Shown: piece by piece, positions 24,716-37,960 of the stretch
How the letters are laid out: every line of letters starts with the position of its first letter
Numbering within the stretch: the first letter of the stretch is position 1
DNA from: Caecitellus pseudoparvulus
Taxonomy: Eukaryota; Protista; Bigyra: Bicosoecida
Direction: 5' to 3'
Assembly: GCA_965644315.1 (NCBI GenBank)
Contig: CBFFRQ010000016.1
Location: forward strand, 1-64,000
Length of the DNA: 64,000 nucleotides
Position numbers and translations under genes: made by a program
The notes under the pieces: model-generated
Database searches by the model: none
What the model was told of the DNA's origin: nothing
What the model saw: only the letters and a program-made list of their open reading frames with translations

Positions 24716-27700
24716 ATGCCACGCAAGCACAGGCACCAAGGCCGCAGCAAGACGGTGGCGGCCGGCACAGGCGGCGCGTTCCATGGCTTTGGCGCATACA
24801 CTGGCGGGGCTGCAGCGGCACCTCTGGAAGTGCCCCACCCCGTCTTTTCGGCACGCCCTGTCATTCCCTATGCCGGCCAGCACCCCGCCGTCCTCATCGC
24901 TTGCAAGCTCGCACTCAAGCGAGACTTGACTTCCCAAGCCAAGGGCCTGACTGAACTGGCTGCGCTGGTGGCCAAGGCTCCATCTGAAGTCATGCCGGGC
25001 TTGCTGGCGCCTTGGTCTTACATGTTTCCCACTGCCTGTCTGAGCAATGACCGCCACGTGCGCCGGGCAGCGCAGGAGGCCATGAGCGCTGTGGTGCGTG
25101 GATTGCCAGCGATTTCCGCACCACGCCAACTCACCCGCAGAACGCCCGCCCCGCTCCCCCTCGCCACAGGCACGCGTGTCACAGAAGGCCCTCGCACGCT
25201 ACCTACCGGTGCTGCTCCCTCCCTGGCTGCTGTGCCTGCATGATCCGGCAGGGGAGGTGGCAGCAGCGGCGTGGGAGGCGCTGTCGGCGGCCTTCCCGCC
25301 TGCCAACGTGCCGTCGGTGATGGACCTGTTCTCGCCTGAGATCGCCGCAGGCCTCGCCTCCTTCATCCGGGGCGCCGAGGGCGACCTGAACGATATGTCC
25401 AACACCAGTGCTGAGGACGCCGCCGAGCGCTGTGAGCGTGTGCGCGGTGCGGCGCTGGCCGCCACGGCGTGGCTGGTCAGCCTGCTGCAGGGCGGGCCGG
25501 CGGACACCGAGGTGCCTGGCCTGGCCACCCTCACCTGGGCCGCCCTGCAGGGCGTGGACATGGACAGCTTGGAGGGCGAGCTGTCCGCCATGCTGCAGGG
25601 GCCTGCTCTGTGGGCAGCGTCCCTGGCCTCCGCCACACCCACCTCCGTGCGACGGGCTGCGTTGGCGCTCGTGGAGCAGGTGGCAGGGGGGCTTCATGGC
25701 GGCGCCGGGCCCCTCCCTCGGGCAGTGCTGCCAGCTGCTGCCGACGCCCTGGCTGCGTGCATCCGCACGGAACAGTTGCCGGATGTCCTGGCCGCTGCGA
25801 CGCGCACCCTTGCCAGCCTGGCCCCCTGTGGGCCACAGCCGGGTATGCCGGGGGCAGAGGCTGCCAAGGCCGCGCCCTCCCTCAACTGGAGCTTCTGGAA
25901 GTGGGCCTTGCCGGCGCCTGCGGCGTCTCTCGGCGGGGGGACCGGCGCCGCCGTCTGGGCAGCTCTGGCGTCCTCAGTGTCCAAGCACGCCGGGTCCGAA
26001 GCCGTGCAGGCAGCGCTGACGCTGCTCCTCGCGCGACTGCCACCGGCGGCGCTGTGCCAGGCAGTGCCTGCCTCCACGAAGCGCTCCAAGGCAGCTGTCG
26101 TGCAGCCCCTGGGGTCCGTGCTGTTTCACGGCGCCCTCGTGGGGCACCTTGGGGCAGGGGATGTGCTGGCGCGGGCGGGAGATGTGGCCCCACCGGCTGC
26201 CACGGCCTGCCTGCAGGTGGCGCTGACGGTGCTGGCAGTGCTGTCCAAGGACGCGGCAGTGGGGGCGCACCCCGCCGCCACAGCGGTGGCAGCACCCGTG
26301 CTGGAGTGTGTGCAGGCTGTGGTGGGGGCGACAGTTGCCGGCAGCAGCCCCAACGTGGCCCTGGCGCCAGCTGTCTCCCACTTCGCCTCCCAGCTGGCGA
26401 CGCTCATCGCCCGCCGCAAGAGCGCAGGCACGGGCTGTGACCTGCTGCTCCAAGCCCAGCAAGGCGTCTTGGCGGGCCTGGCAGCCCCCCCCCAGCCCCT
26501 CTCCCAGCGGGCAGCCTGGCCTGCCCTGCAGCTGGTGGCGTGCCTGGCAGGGCACATCCCAGCACCTGCCCTGGCCGACGCAGCCACGGCAAGCCTGCGG
26601 GTCTTGGCCACCTGCGATGCCGCCAGCCTGGGCACGCTGGGAGGGCAGGCTGCCCAGCTGGGGGAGGCGCTGCTGGCGATTGGCGACGGGCGGGGCGGCG
26701 ACATGCCGAGCAGCTGGACAGAGGCGCTGTACGAACTGCTGGAGCACGTGCTGGAGGTGGGGGCAGAGGCTGTGCCCCTGCTGGTGCCGGTGCTGGGACG
26801 GGCCCTCCTCGCCGCGCCGGGGGGGGAGGCGGAGGTCCTGGACCTGTACGAGGATTTGGCCGACGCTCCCGACGAGCAGTTGCTGCTGCTGCCTGTCCTC
26901 CTGGGCAGCCCGGGCCTGGACACGAGCGCCCTGGCCCCCGCCGTGCAGAGCCTACTGAGCGGGGCGCTGGGCGAGGCGGGCGCCAGCGCTGCGGATGTGC
27001 TGAGCCTCGTGCGGGCGACACTGCAGCACCCAGAGCTGTTGTCGCCGGGTGCGGCCGCCGACCTGGCGGGTGCGCTGGCAGGCGCTGTCGCTGCCACGAG
27101 CATGGTTGCTACAGGCGCGGCCCAAGCAGTGCAGCCGCAGCAGCAGGCAGTGCTGCGAGCCGTGGCGGCCACCGGCGTCCCGTCTGCAACGGCCATTTTG
27201 GCAGAGCACCCGCGGCAGGCTGCGGCAGTTGTGGTGCACGGCGCACTGCTGGCCTCTTGCTCAGGGACGCTGCCAGGCCAAGGCGCAGTGTGCGTGGCCA
27301 TGGCCTCTGCACTGTTGCAGGGCGCGCCGTTGGAGGGTGTGGCTGTCGAGCTGGCTGCGGCGAAAGCCCCGCCTGCACAGGCCGCCTTGGCGCTGGCCTG
27401 TGTCCAGGCTGCCTGGCCCTCTCAGGCACCAGGTGCTAAAATCGAAGCAGAACACGCCTCCTCTGCTGCTGCCCAGGCCGTGCAGGGCTCACAATTAGCA
27501 GCTGAGGCCATGGGCCAGGTCGACGTCTGGGCGGTTCTGAGCCATGCTTTGGTTGCCCTGCTGCCCGGCACGTCGCACTCGCCGAGCAGTGCGCCGGAGG
27601 TGCACTTGCTGCTGGCGTGGCTCGCGGCACACGGTGAAGGGGGCGTGGCTCTCGCAGCTGGCCCGCTGCTGGCATGCACGGCGCCTCAGTACCTACCGGC

Positions 27701-30536
27701 GGGCGCTGGCGCCACGCCCTGCGCATCTCCGCCTGTGCGGCAGACTCTGCAAATGCTGACCTTGGCGGGGGCCGACCCCGCATGGGTCCCATCTGCATTG
27801 AAAGCCATCTGCAGCGCGGCACCCCCTCCCGCCATCGCGCGTGTGGCGATGGCGTGTGTCCTGGTTGCTGGCTCAGGCGGCGACTCAAACATGGTGCAGC
27901 ACCTGCTTTCGGCGACAAGTGCTCCGGCAGCCGGCACCGCGCGAAGTGCAGGCACAGGGGAGGTCCTGGACGTCCCTGATTCCCTGCATGCTCCATGCCT
28001 GCCCCTGCTCCTGGCTGCTGCTGGTGCAGGGCTGGTTCCTGCAGAGCTGGCCTTGCCTGAGCCGCAAGCACTGCTGGCTGCGGCACTGCACTTGCTGCAG
28101 CCAGCGCCAGAGCATGCGTTGCCCCTGACGCCCTTGGCGGGGCAGGCCATTGCGGGAGGCCTGTCAGGGCCACACGCTTCCACTTGGTTTTCCCCAGCGA
28201 CCACCTGGCTGCAGTCAGTGTGGAGTGACGTGGAAGGGCGTGGTGACCAGGTGCCTGCGCCGCAGGTGGCCCTCCTGCAACGCGCCTTTGACGTGGCAGC
28301 AGCGTTGCTCCACCTGGCCAGTCGTGGCGAGACTGGCATGAACTTGCCACCTTCCACAGCCTCCGAGGTGCGTCGCACGGTGAGCCTCCTGCTCCCCCTG
28401 CAAGAGGCTGTTTTGGCTGCCGCCAGCGCGGTCCCTGCCAGCGACACTGCAGACCCTGCCAGCACTGTGCACTCGCAATTGGCCCTTGCGGCACTCGGCG
28501 CAGGGGCACGTCTACTGCGTGTGCAGTGTTTCTTGGGCTCGGCAGGACAGGGTGCCAGCGCTGCGGGGCGGCAGGATGGCCCCCTGTTTCCGCTGGCAGC
28601 CGTGCCGACTGAGACGCACGACATGGGCACTGTGGAGGGGCAGGGCTGCCGCTTGGCACGGCAGTTGCTGTCACAGGACACCAGTGCACAGGTCGGCATC
28701 AAGACAAAGTTGCGCGTTGCGCCGCTCGCAGCGCTGGCCCCTGCGTTGACCTTGACAGCCCTGCCGCCTGGCGATGCGGAGCACTTGGCGGCAGTCCTCG
28801 CCGCGGCGGCTGCCTTCCCCCGCGCACTCACCGCGGCTGACGCGGAGGCGCTGGCAGTCCCAGAGGAGCCCTTGAACACTGAAATCCCAGAACCTGAGGC
28901 CAGGGCGGCGGCAGTTGCCGCACAGCGTGCTCGCCGTGAGCTGTTGGTGTCTGCTGGAGCTGCCGTTTTGGGCGAGCCGTTGCTACGTGCATTGCGGCTG
29001 CTCACAGCAGCACCAGGCGCAGGGGAAGCGGGGTGCATTGCGCGCACTCGTGCAGCTGCAGTGTGGCAAATTGTGGCGGAGGTGCTGGCTGCAGGCGACG
29101 TCAGCGTGAGGGAGGCTGTCGCGAGCTTTGTGCGGCAGCCCACCCAGAGTGCTGGCATCGTGCCACTGGACACTGCCCTCTCCATCGCCCTGCAATCCCT
29201 GGGCAAGGCCAGGCGCCTGACAGCAGTGCTGGAGCGTGGGCGCCGCAAGCAGTGGAACAAGGCCACTGTTGCTGCCGCGGCTCTCACGGCGCTCAGAGCA
29301 ACAGGCAGCACGGATGCGGCAGGTGACGTGGCCGCTGCCACCACCGCCCCCCCACGCCATGTATGGCCGGCGAGCGCCTCACCAACCTCTTCCCAGTGGG
29401 CTGCCATCACTGCACAGCCACACACCCTGCAGCACACGTGCCAACCACTTTCGCTGTTGCAGGGCGCTGGTGAAGGGGTTGGGGCGGCACCAGCGCCTGA
29501 GTGCTGCGCCGCAGCCGTCGGCGCTGGGCAGGCAGCGCTGGCCACTCCGCCCACCTTGGCGCCGCAGCTGAGCGCGACGAGCAGCACGTCCAGTGCCACG
29601 GCAGTGGACATGAACGCAGCCTCCATCTTCCTCGCCATCATGGCGTCGGACATGCCCGCCGCTGGCGCCAGCGAGTTCATGGCCAGCCTGCAGCTGTTGT
29701 GCCGAGTGGGGTGTCTGCTGCCAGCTCGACTGGCACGTTGGCACGCACGGCTGCCGCGAGGGGAAGCGTCATCAGCAGAGGCTGTCGTGGTGTCATTGAT
29801 TGCGCCTGCAGTGCTGGATTCCCAGTTGCGCAAGCTGTCGTCCGAGGCGCGGCCAGGGCAGGGCGATGCGCTGGGCGCAGCTGACGCGGTTACAACCGCC
29901 TTCGGGCGAAGCGGCATGCGTTGGTTCCATGGCGACCCCCGCGAAGCAGCTCTCGAGGCGGGCCAAGCGCTCGTCGCGGCGGCAGCAGGCAGTGTGGGCA
30001 TGTCCCTCACAGCCAAGGAGCGTGGGGATGCGGAGGGCAAGGCCGGCGCGCCGGAGCACGTGGTGGAGCTGGGGCTTGGGGCGGCCTCAGGTGACAGCAC
30101 GTTCAAGGTCATCGTGCAGCCCGAAGCGTTCGCCGTGGACGCCCACTTCGCTGCCGACGAGGCCAAGCTCGGCATTCGCATCCAACTGCCGCCGTCCTAC
30201 CCTTTGCGGCGCCCCGAGCTGCGGTGCCTGGCGCGCGTGGGGGTCAGTGACGCGGTGTGGCGGCGCTGGGAACTGCAGCTGCGTGGCGTGCTGTCGTCAC
30301 GCGGCGGCAGTTTGTGGGCTGCGCTGAGCCTGTGGAGAGAGACTGTGAAGAGTACATTCACAGGCGTGGAGCCATGCCCCATCTGCTACTCCCTGCTGCA
30401 CCACTCGGACAAGTCCTTGCCCAAGATGCTGTGCGGTGTGTGCTCCTCGAAGTTCCACGCTGGCTGCCTGTATAAATGGTTCCGAACCTCCGGCGACTCG
30501 AAGTGCCCCATGTGCCGGGCTACATGGGCAGCCTAG
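24716..30536 (+). CDS. LTN1: E3 ubiquitin ligase listerin; intron 25094-25169
   Basis: N-terminal GGAFHGFG...KRDLTSQAKGLTEL; C-terminal RWD (LPPSYPLR) and RING FTGVEPCPICYSLLH...C..CSSKFHAGCLYKWFRTSGDSKCPMCR. Confidence 0.93.
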
Positions 30537-31149
30537 CGCCCAATCGCTACGCAACGACATGCAAGATGGTATGAGCATGTTTGTGACGTGGCCCTCCCGC
30601 CTCGGAGCGGCCACGTGGAGACTGGCCACGCACAATGCATGGCGAACGAAGCACGAAGCCAGCGGGCTCTGCGGAGCAGCTTGCCGGCCGCCGCAGCGCA
30701 CTTGCGCCGCTGGCCTGGAAATTCACACACCACCCCATTGCGTAGTAAGTTCCATTTCCACGTCTTTTTCCACGCCTCGCGCCCTAACTCGCCGGGAGCG
30801 CGGGGCGGCACCGCGGCGGGAGGCGGCGGAACGGCTTTCCACACCCTCCTCAAGGCGCGTGCGAGGGGGGGGCGCTGAACCTTGCGAGGGACACTTCGGG
30901 CAGTTTACCCGTCGAGCACTCGGCAGTCGGCACGCACACTCACAACCCGCGCCACCTAACCACAAATGAACACACCAACACCCTGTTTTCGCGTACCTAT
31001 CCAACCACCAGCCCCCTGCCCCCACACGCAGCCTCAGCTGCAGCGCGTGGCAAGCCTTCACCATCGCTCATCAGCTGCCCGTGGCAAACGCTGCATGCTC
31101 CAGACGACTCCGTCTTCAGCCCCTCTCAGCGACACAGCACCCCAGTGCC

Positions 31150-33771
31150 ATGGCTTCAACGTCGAAAGACTCTTCCTCCAACGCCCAACGGCTGTCTGAA
31201 ATCTCCAGGGACCTGGAGCGCAAAGTGTGCGTGTTGTCTGCTGCGCCGGCAGCGACGTTCCTGCGAAGCCTGCTCCTTGCCGGCCACCGCGCTCGTCCTC
31301 GGCAGTCCATTGCCAGCCAGCCCGCGCCAATGGCCTCAGGAAACAACCACTGTGCACCACGTAGCTCGTCTGCACCCTCACAGGAGCGAGCTCTGGCTCG
31401 TGCGCACGCGTTGTCTTGCTGACATCTCTTCGTGGATGGGCGAGGCAGCCCCCAGCGCGCTGCAGCGCGCCCAGGCGTTCGTCAAGGGCAACTCCCGTCT
31501 GGGAGGCATGTTCAACTCCTTGCTGTCCACCACCAAGCAGGTGCGTGTCCCTGGTCATTGCGCAGCGAGGGGGTTTCTGCCAGCCGCGCGTCACGCGCTG
31601 TCAAGCCTGCGGAATCAGCTGTTTGCCGCGCCCCTGCCAACGCCGCTGCCGACTGCGGTACTGCAAACCTGCAGGCTAGGCCCGTGTGGTGTGTGAAGTG
31701 ACCTGTCTGGACGCAGGCTTGCCCCCTGCTGCGTGCTGTGTTGTGCACTCGGCAGGGCAAGCGCTCGGCGCGGGCGAGAAGCCGCTGCTCACCATCCCCA
31801 AACTTGACTGGGCTTGATGTGCCCCGTCACACTCAGCCCGCGGCCTCATGCTGCGTGCTCCGCCTGCCACAGCGTCATGCATGGCTCCCTTGTTGTACTT
31901 GTGGCTGCTGGCTGCAGTTGTGTGCGCCGGCGCGCCTGGCGCAGGCTGCTTTTGCCGTGTCAGCACTCGCGCCGTTCCTGCGTCCTTGCCTGTCTCCCTT
32001 TCCCCGCCCACACCCCACATGGCCACCACTCCGCCCTGCACAGATGCGAGGAGCCACCTCCATCGTCGGCAGTCTGGCCGCTGCGCCCAGCCACGAGGAA
32101 ATCGTCGCCATCACCCGCGGCATCGCAGGGCGCAAGGGGGAGGACTGTGCCACGTTGCTGGCACAGCACACGTCCTCTGGGCGCCTGAACCGAAAAGTGA
32201 CCAACCGCGCCCACGCGCTCAAGCACCGCTACCGCCGACGCTGGATCAGCGACCAGCAGCAGCAGCTGCTGGGCAGTGTGGACTTGCTGCGCGGCATGTG
32301 GACGCTCCTGCACTCGGAGGTTGCAGCAGCTGTGAGTCCAGCCCGGCGGCATTGCCACCTGCCGCCATCAACGCACATCCCGCCCCCCCACTCGCCACCA
32401 CCCCCACAGCTCGGCGTGCAACGGCACCCCGGAGACGACATCATATTCGAGCAAGATGGAGCCCTGCAGCTTGGCGGCATGCGCCTGCAGTTGGACGGCA
32501 CTGGCAGCCCTGACCCGGCAGGCCGCCGAAGTGGCGACAAGCCGCTCATCGAGATTATCCGCACTTCCCTGCGCACCATGGCTGCCAGCGTCGCGGCAGA
32601 GGCTGTCGTGGGGGCCACCCTCACCTCCACGTCTCACGGGTACAGCCACGTCAGCCTGGGCGACGCGCCAGCTCCCAGCCAGGTCATGACCCAGGGCGGG
32701 TTGCTGGCATGGGTGCAAGCCAACCCGACGTCCATCGCGTCCATGATGCTGCTGCCTCCCGCCACCCTGGACGCCGCACCGTCCTTGACCGACAAGATGC
32801 ACATGCTGTCTGCGCTGGGCACCACTGTGTTGCTGGATGCCTTGTCTGCCTTCCTGCCAGCGTTGCCCCAGGTTGACCCCACCACGCCCACCGTGGAACC
32901 CGGGCAGCTTCGCGCCATCATGGCGCTGCACGGCAACGCCCAGCTGGACGTGTCCTCCGTACAGCGGGCCATGTACCCCCACGCACAGTCCATGCCCCAG
33001 TCTGCGGCAGCAGCTGCCGCCACAGCCGGCGTGCCCGTGCCCGGCGTGGGGCAGTATGTGCCCGCATTCGTGTCTGCACCACAGCACACGATGGCCATGC
33101 GCGGACCAACCATCACCCCTGTGCCCTTCGTCACCCATGGAAGTGCCTTCCCACCTATGTCTGCTGCCTTTGGCACCCCGTCCTCCAACCTAACCACACC
33201 CTCGTCGGCGTTCCTGCACGGGCGCCCGGGCAGCGCGGCCTACCCATCCTCTGTCGCGGACTCCGCGTCCCTGCGCAGCGCTTCCTGGCAGCAGCTCGGC
33301 GGCAGCAAGCGCCGCACACCCAGTCCCTCCAACCACGCCCTCCCATGGCAGCAGGAGTTCGGGACGCCCCTCGCCCCCACCGCCAAGCGTGTGTGCGCCC
33401 AGCCACCCCACGGCGCCATCAGCCTCCTGGCTGACTGCGCTGGGAAGCTGCCAGCTCGCGACACGTCCATGGATGCTGGCCGCGTCAGCACGGCGGGCAG
33501 CACCTCCAGCGTGGGGCCCTCACCCCTCATGCCGCCTGCAGCCCAGCTGCCCGTCCTCTCCCGCCACGCGCCCCCCCCACGACTGCCACGTGCGGCAGTC
33601 TTGGGCACCATGGGCGCTGCTGTGCTCGGCGGCTCGGCCTACATGGGCTGTGCAGCCGCGACGACGGCACCGTCCAAGCCCAGCATGTGGGTTGTCACGG
33701 CCTCCAAGCCCCGTGAAGGCAAGGTGACGGTGCCGTCTTGGGCGGCGGCCCACTCAGCATGCACCGTGTAG
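31150..33771 (+). CDS. Hypothetical multi-exon protein with Pro/Ser/Ala-rich C-terminus
   Basis: Exons MASTSKDSSS...ERK, SELWLVRTRC...STTKQ and MRGATSIVG... are bounded by GTGCGT/CAG sites. Exon structure is approximate and no family was recognised. Confidence 0.55.
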
Positions 33772-34096
33772 AGCTTGCGAGCTGCAGCCTTGGCGGGTGT
33801 CCCCGCTCTTCCCCACGAGTCCTTCTCAGGACACGTGCCCCCTCTCGGCTTCAACCAGCAGGTGTGACTTTTGTGCACCTGCAATTCCTTGCATATAGCA
33901 ACTGTTCTCCGCGCCGCCGCTGCGCGCCGAACTGCCACCAAACAACAAACAACAGCAAAAAGAGAAAGAAACAACAGCCTCTGTGGTCTTCTGGCCTTAC
34001 CATTAATCTCAAGACTCGTCACCAGTGATTCAATCGTGTATTCTCAATCCCGCTGCAGAGAGCGTTCTGAACGCAACTCACAATTCAATCCTCTGC

Positions 34097-37000
34097 TCAC
34101 CGGCCACCCCCGCCCGAACTGCCGTACTTTCGCTGCCAATGCCCTTGCTGGTACCACATGCTGCCGCCTCCAGCCCCCGCCTCTTCCAGCCGGCTGCGCA
34201 CGCGCGCCGCCACCGCACTGCGACTCGCCGCACTGCCAAGAGATGACACGTCCAGGCGTTGTGGCGTGGCTGTATGTCCCCGGCGCAGTCCCAGATCCCC
34301 AAGCACACTGGCAGTGCTCGCTGACAAGTCCAATGATCGCGCCACAGGCAAGAGCCCGAGCGAGCCCGCACCTTCGATGGCACGCCGACTGGCTAGCCAA
34401 GGCTGTGTCACGTCTGCGTCAGCGTGGCCCGCGTGTACGCTGGTTCCCTGACCCGCCCCACCCAGGCGGGCTGCAAGCTTTGCGGCAATGGTGTCCAGCA
34501 GCGCATCAGACGGCGCGTCAAGTGACGCCGGAGTGCCGCTTGATTGCGGTGCCGGCGCTGGGGCTGTGGTTTGGTGCTGCGGTTGTGTCGGTTGAGGCGG
34601 TGCGGCCAGGCCTTCCAACGTCTTGCGTGCAGAGGAGGACACCTCGCCCAGGCGCTGTGTCAGGGCGTCCAACGCCGCTGCATGCGCGGCTGAGTGGGCA
34701 CTGGGCTGAGCGGGCGGGCTACTCGCCTTCCTCTCACTGCTGCTGCTGGCGTCGTCATCGCCGCTGCTTCGTGACGCCTGCCTCTGGGCGGCTGGGGGGG
34801 GCACGGTGGGCGGCGGCAACGACACCACGGCCGGTTGCTGGTGCCCGCTCGAGGTAGGGCCCCAAGGAGTGGCACCAGGCTGCATGTGGTAGGCGCTGGG
34901 CCACCCTCCTCCCTGCAGTTGCATGTGCGGTGGCAGGGCGTAGGGCAACCCCGCACCGCCCCACGGCGTGTGCGGGCCAGCAGCCTGTGCCGATCGCTCG
35001 CGGTCCTGCACAGCCTGCAATTGGGCCTGCAGAGACTCAATGCGCGCTTCTGCTGCTGCAGCTGCGCCACGTGCAGCTTGCACGCTGCTCACTGCCGTGT
35101 CGGTAACGGCTGCCTCTGTCTCAGCCCGTGCCGCGGCCACAGCTGCCTCGATGCGCTGCGCAATTTCGTCTTCCGCCTGCTGTGAGCTGCGCAAGGCATC
35201 GGCGCGAACAGCCCGCAGGTCTGAGCGCTGCGCGACAATGGTGTCTTTCAACGTGCGCACTTCTTCCTGTGCAGCTGTCAGCTCAGCCTGCAGTCGAACG
35301 AGGCGTGCGTCAGTGGAGCTGGTGGCCAAGCTCTCCCGTGCTGCATCGAGTGCGGCGGATGTGCTGCTGAGGCGCGCCGTCGCAGCGTCCGCCGCACTGG
35401 TGGCTTCCGTGAGCTGTGCGCGCACGCGGGACAGTTCCGCCTCTGCTGCTGCAGCACGATTGGTCGCAGCGTCTCGCTCTCCAGCCAGCCGGGAGCTCGT
35501 TCCCTCTGCCGCACGGCGCGCCGCTTCCAGCTCACTGCGCAGGCCGCGCGCCTCACCTTCCGCCCGGCTACTGCGCGCTGTCGCAGTGGACAGGTCATGC
35601 TCCAGCGCAGCCACCTTGTCTGCCATGCGCGCTGCATCCGCCCGCGCCCCCACCGCTTCCTCCTCCCGTGCTTGGCGCGCCGCCTCTGCCAGGCCTCGTT
35701 CATGCGCTGCCTTTAACGCCTGCACTTCCGTGCTGTGCCGCGTCGCAGCTGCGTCCAGCTGGCTCTCTAACTCAGCCACACGGCGCTTGGCATCTTGCGC
35801 AGCGGCCGTGGCTGACGCGGTGGCGCTCTGCACCTCAGCCTCCGCCTTGGCAGCTCGGCCGGTCAGGTCGCGGCGCGTCTCGTTGTGCTCTGCGACCTCC
35901 TTCGTGTACCTCTCCTCGGCCACGTGCAGACTCGTCTCCAGGGACGCCACACGGGCTTTCAACCGGCCGCTCTCCTCCGTGGCAGCCCGACACTCCGCGC
36001 TGCTCTCACTGGCGGCAGCCTTCGCCTGGGACAGCTCGCTGCGCAGGCGAGCCAGGTCCGACGCAGCTGCGTCATTGTCTTGCTGCAGCGACTTGACTTG
36101 CGCGTTCGCAGAGTCCAGCTGGCGCTGCAAGGAGGCAGTGGCCGCCGTCGACGAGCTGCCTGCTGCCTCTGCCTCTGCCTTGGCCGCTTTCACCTGGGCT
36201 GCCAGGGCCGCCACTTCTCCCTGGTGCTCGGCTGTGAGCCGGCGCTGTAGGGCCGCCAGCTGGCTTTCCTCGCTGGCCTGTGCCGCCTCCAGCTCGCGCT
36301 GCAACTGCTGCACGCGCTGGGTAGACTCTGCCAGCGCCTTGTTCAGGCGCGCCACCTCTGCCGCCTCAGCCTCAGCACGCTGCTCAGCTGCCTCGGCACG
36401 CTGACTCGCCTCCCGAGTGTCTGAGCCCCCCGCCGCCACCTGCCGTTCCAGCGCCGCCACTTGCTCCTGGCTGGCCACGAGCTTGGCCTTCTCAGCGGCC
36501 AGGTCACTCTCTGCTTCCTCCAGCTGCGCCTTCAGCGTCGCGTTCAGGGACTCTGCAGCAGCTGCCTGCCTGCGCGAGGAGTCACGCTGGGACGTCAGCG
36601 CAGTGGCTTCTTCCCTGGCTGCAGCCAGCGCGTCATTGGCGTCAGACGTCGCTTCCTCTGCACTCTGAGTGGCACGCTTCGCGTCTGCGGCCTCGCTCTC
36701 AGCCTGCCGCCTGGCAGTCTCTGCAGCCTCCACCTGCCGAGTGAGGGTGGCCACCTCCTCCCCCGACCCCGCCCGTGCCGCCGTCAGCTGCTGCCGCAGC
36801 GACTGCACTTCCTTTCGAGCTTCGTCTGTCTGAGCCTTGGCTGCTGCCGCCTCGCGCTCCGCTTCAGTTGCCCTGTCCTCCGCCGCAGCAGCCCGTGCAT
36901 CTGCCTTGGTAGCCGCCTCGCGAGCTGCCGCAGCCTCTGCCTGAGCTGCCCGGGCTGCCTCCTCCGCAGCCTTTACCTTCGAAGCGCTTGCACCGTCCGG

Positions 37001-37960
37001 TGACGCAGGCGCTGGGGCAGGAGCTGGGGCGGCAGCGGCTGTGCGCTGCGAGCCTGACCGCGACCTGCCGGCTACAGGCCCCCCGTCGCTGTCAGGGGGC
37101 CAGCCGGGCGAGGATGCTTGCGCCGCCCCCACGAACATGTCAGGGGGCAGGCTCGTGGAGGCTGGGCGGCGCGTGGGCCCAGTGCCCCGCACAGCGGCGC
37201 CGCCCTCCGCTGGCGCAGGGCTGGGGGCGGGCGCCACGTCGTCGTCCGAGTCGTCATCCCAGTCGGAAAAATTGCCCCCCGTCGCAGCCTCCACGATGTC
37301 CGTGGTCGGGAGGGTGATGGGGCCGCCGGCATCACCGCTGCTCTGGGCACTGCTGCCACTGGGCAGACTGGTCATGGTGTCTCGCGAGGCAGGCACCTCA
37401 CTGGCGGCGGTGGTGGTGGAGGCGGCCGACTCCGCCCGGTCACGGCCCTGGGCAGCAGCGCCTTCCTGCGCTGTGTGCGCGCCCGGCGTGGTCTGTGGAG
37501 CTGGCGCTGGCGTGGGGGCGCCCTCTTGCATGTGGGGCGCGGCCCACGCCGGCCACGGCTGCCCAGCCTTCTCAGCGGCCTTCAGGTCCTGGAACTTCTG
37601 CATGTACTCTGCGTCCACTGGCAGCTGCCAGACCGACTCGTTGGTGCGCGTGTTGAAGTAGAACACCACGCCGTCCTCCGTCTCGTTGGGCTCCCACTCT
37701 GACTGCTGGTCAGCGCCTTGCAGCAGCGCCTCCCGGGCCAGCCAGAAGAACTTCTCGTCCTTGGCAGGGTCCATGCCCAGGTACAAGGCGTGCTCCTTCA
37801 CGGCAGCCTGTGCAAGGAGGGGGAAGTGCGTGGGAGCGCGGTACATTGGTTCGTGCAGGCGGGGGTTGCGCAGCTTGGCAGGCCTACAGCACTGCGCTGT
37901 CCTTGCGGCTTTTGGCGCCAGTGCCCTCACCTGCATGGTCTCCTCGTCGATGCCCTCCAT
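34097..37960 (-). CDS. WW-domain and long coiled-coil protein (CEP164-like N-terminus); intron 37808-37930
   Basis: HALYLGMDPAKDEKFFWLAREAL...WEPNETEDGVVFYFNTRTNESVWQLPVD resembles the CEP164 N-terminal WW module; about 600 aa of coiled coil follows. Confidence 0.75.
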   Translation of the reverse strand: MEGIDEETMQVRALAPKAARTAQCCRPAKLRNPRLHEPMYRAPTHFPLLAQAAVKEHALYLGMDPAKDEKFFWLAREALLQGADQQSEWEPNETEDGVVFYFNTRTNESVWQLPVDAEYMQKFQDLKAAEKAGQPWPAWAAPHMQEGAPTPAPAPQTTPGAHTAQEGAAAQGRDRAESAASTTTAASEVPASRDTMTSLPSGSSAQSSGDAGGPITLPTTDIVEAATGGNFSDWDDDSDDDVAPAPSPAPAEGGAAVRGTGPTRRPASTSLPPDMFVGAAQASSPGWPPDSDGGPVAGRSRSGSQRTAAAAPAPAPAPASPDGASASKVKAAEEAARAAQAEAAAAREAATKADARAAAAEDRATEAEREAAAAKAQTDEARKEVQSLRQQLTAARAGSGEEVATLTRQVEAAETARRQAESEAADAKRATQSAEEATSDANDALAAAREEATALTSQRDSSRRQAAAAESLNATLKAQLEEAESDLAAEKAKLVASQEQVAALERQVAAGGSDTREASQRAEAAEQRAEAEAAEVARLNKALAESTQRVQQLQRELEAAQASEESQLAALQRRLTAEHQGEVAALAAQVKAAKAEAEAAGSSSTAATASLQRQLDSANAQVKSLQQDNDAAASDLARLRSELSQAKAAASESSAECRAATEESGRLKARVASLETSLHVAEERYTKEVAEHNETRRDLTGRAAKAEAEVQSATASATAAAQDAKRRVAELESQLDAAATRHSTEVQALKAAHERGLAEAARQAREEEAVGARADAARMADKVAALEHDLSTATARSSRAEGEARGLRSELEAARRAAEGTSSRLAGERDAATNRAAAAEAELSRVRAQLTEATSAADAATARLSSTSAALDAARESLATSSTDARLVRLQAELTAAQEEVRTLKDTIVAQRSDLRAVRADALRSSQQAEDEIAQRIEAAVAAARAETEAAVTDTAVSSVQAARGAAAAAEARIESLQAQLQAVQDRERSAQAAGPHTPWGGAGLPYALPPHMQLQGGGWPSAYHMQPGATPWGPTSSGHQQPAVVSLPPPTVPPPAAQRQASRSSGDDDASSSSERKASSPPAQPSAHSAAHAAALDALTQRLGEVSSSARKTLEGLAAPPQPTQPQHQTTAPAPAPQSSGTPASLDAPSDALLDTIAAKLAARLGGAGQGTSVHAGHADADVTQPWLASRRAIEGAGSLGLLPVARSLDLSASTASVLGDLGLRRGHTATPQRLDVSSLGSAASRSAVAARVRSRLEEAGAGGGSMWYQQGHWQRKYGSSGGGGR

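Noticed and set aside
27686-30181. Long antisense and alternative-frame ORFs (e.g. 831 aa opposite LTN1, 478 aa at 34968-36404, 458 aa at 11495-12871)
   Set aside because: Shadow ORFs are expected from high GC and codon bias. They have no recognisable motifs, and the opposite strand carries the better-supported gene.
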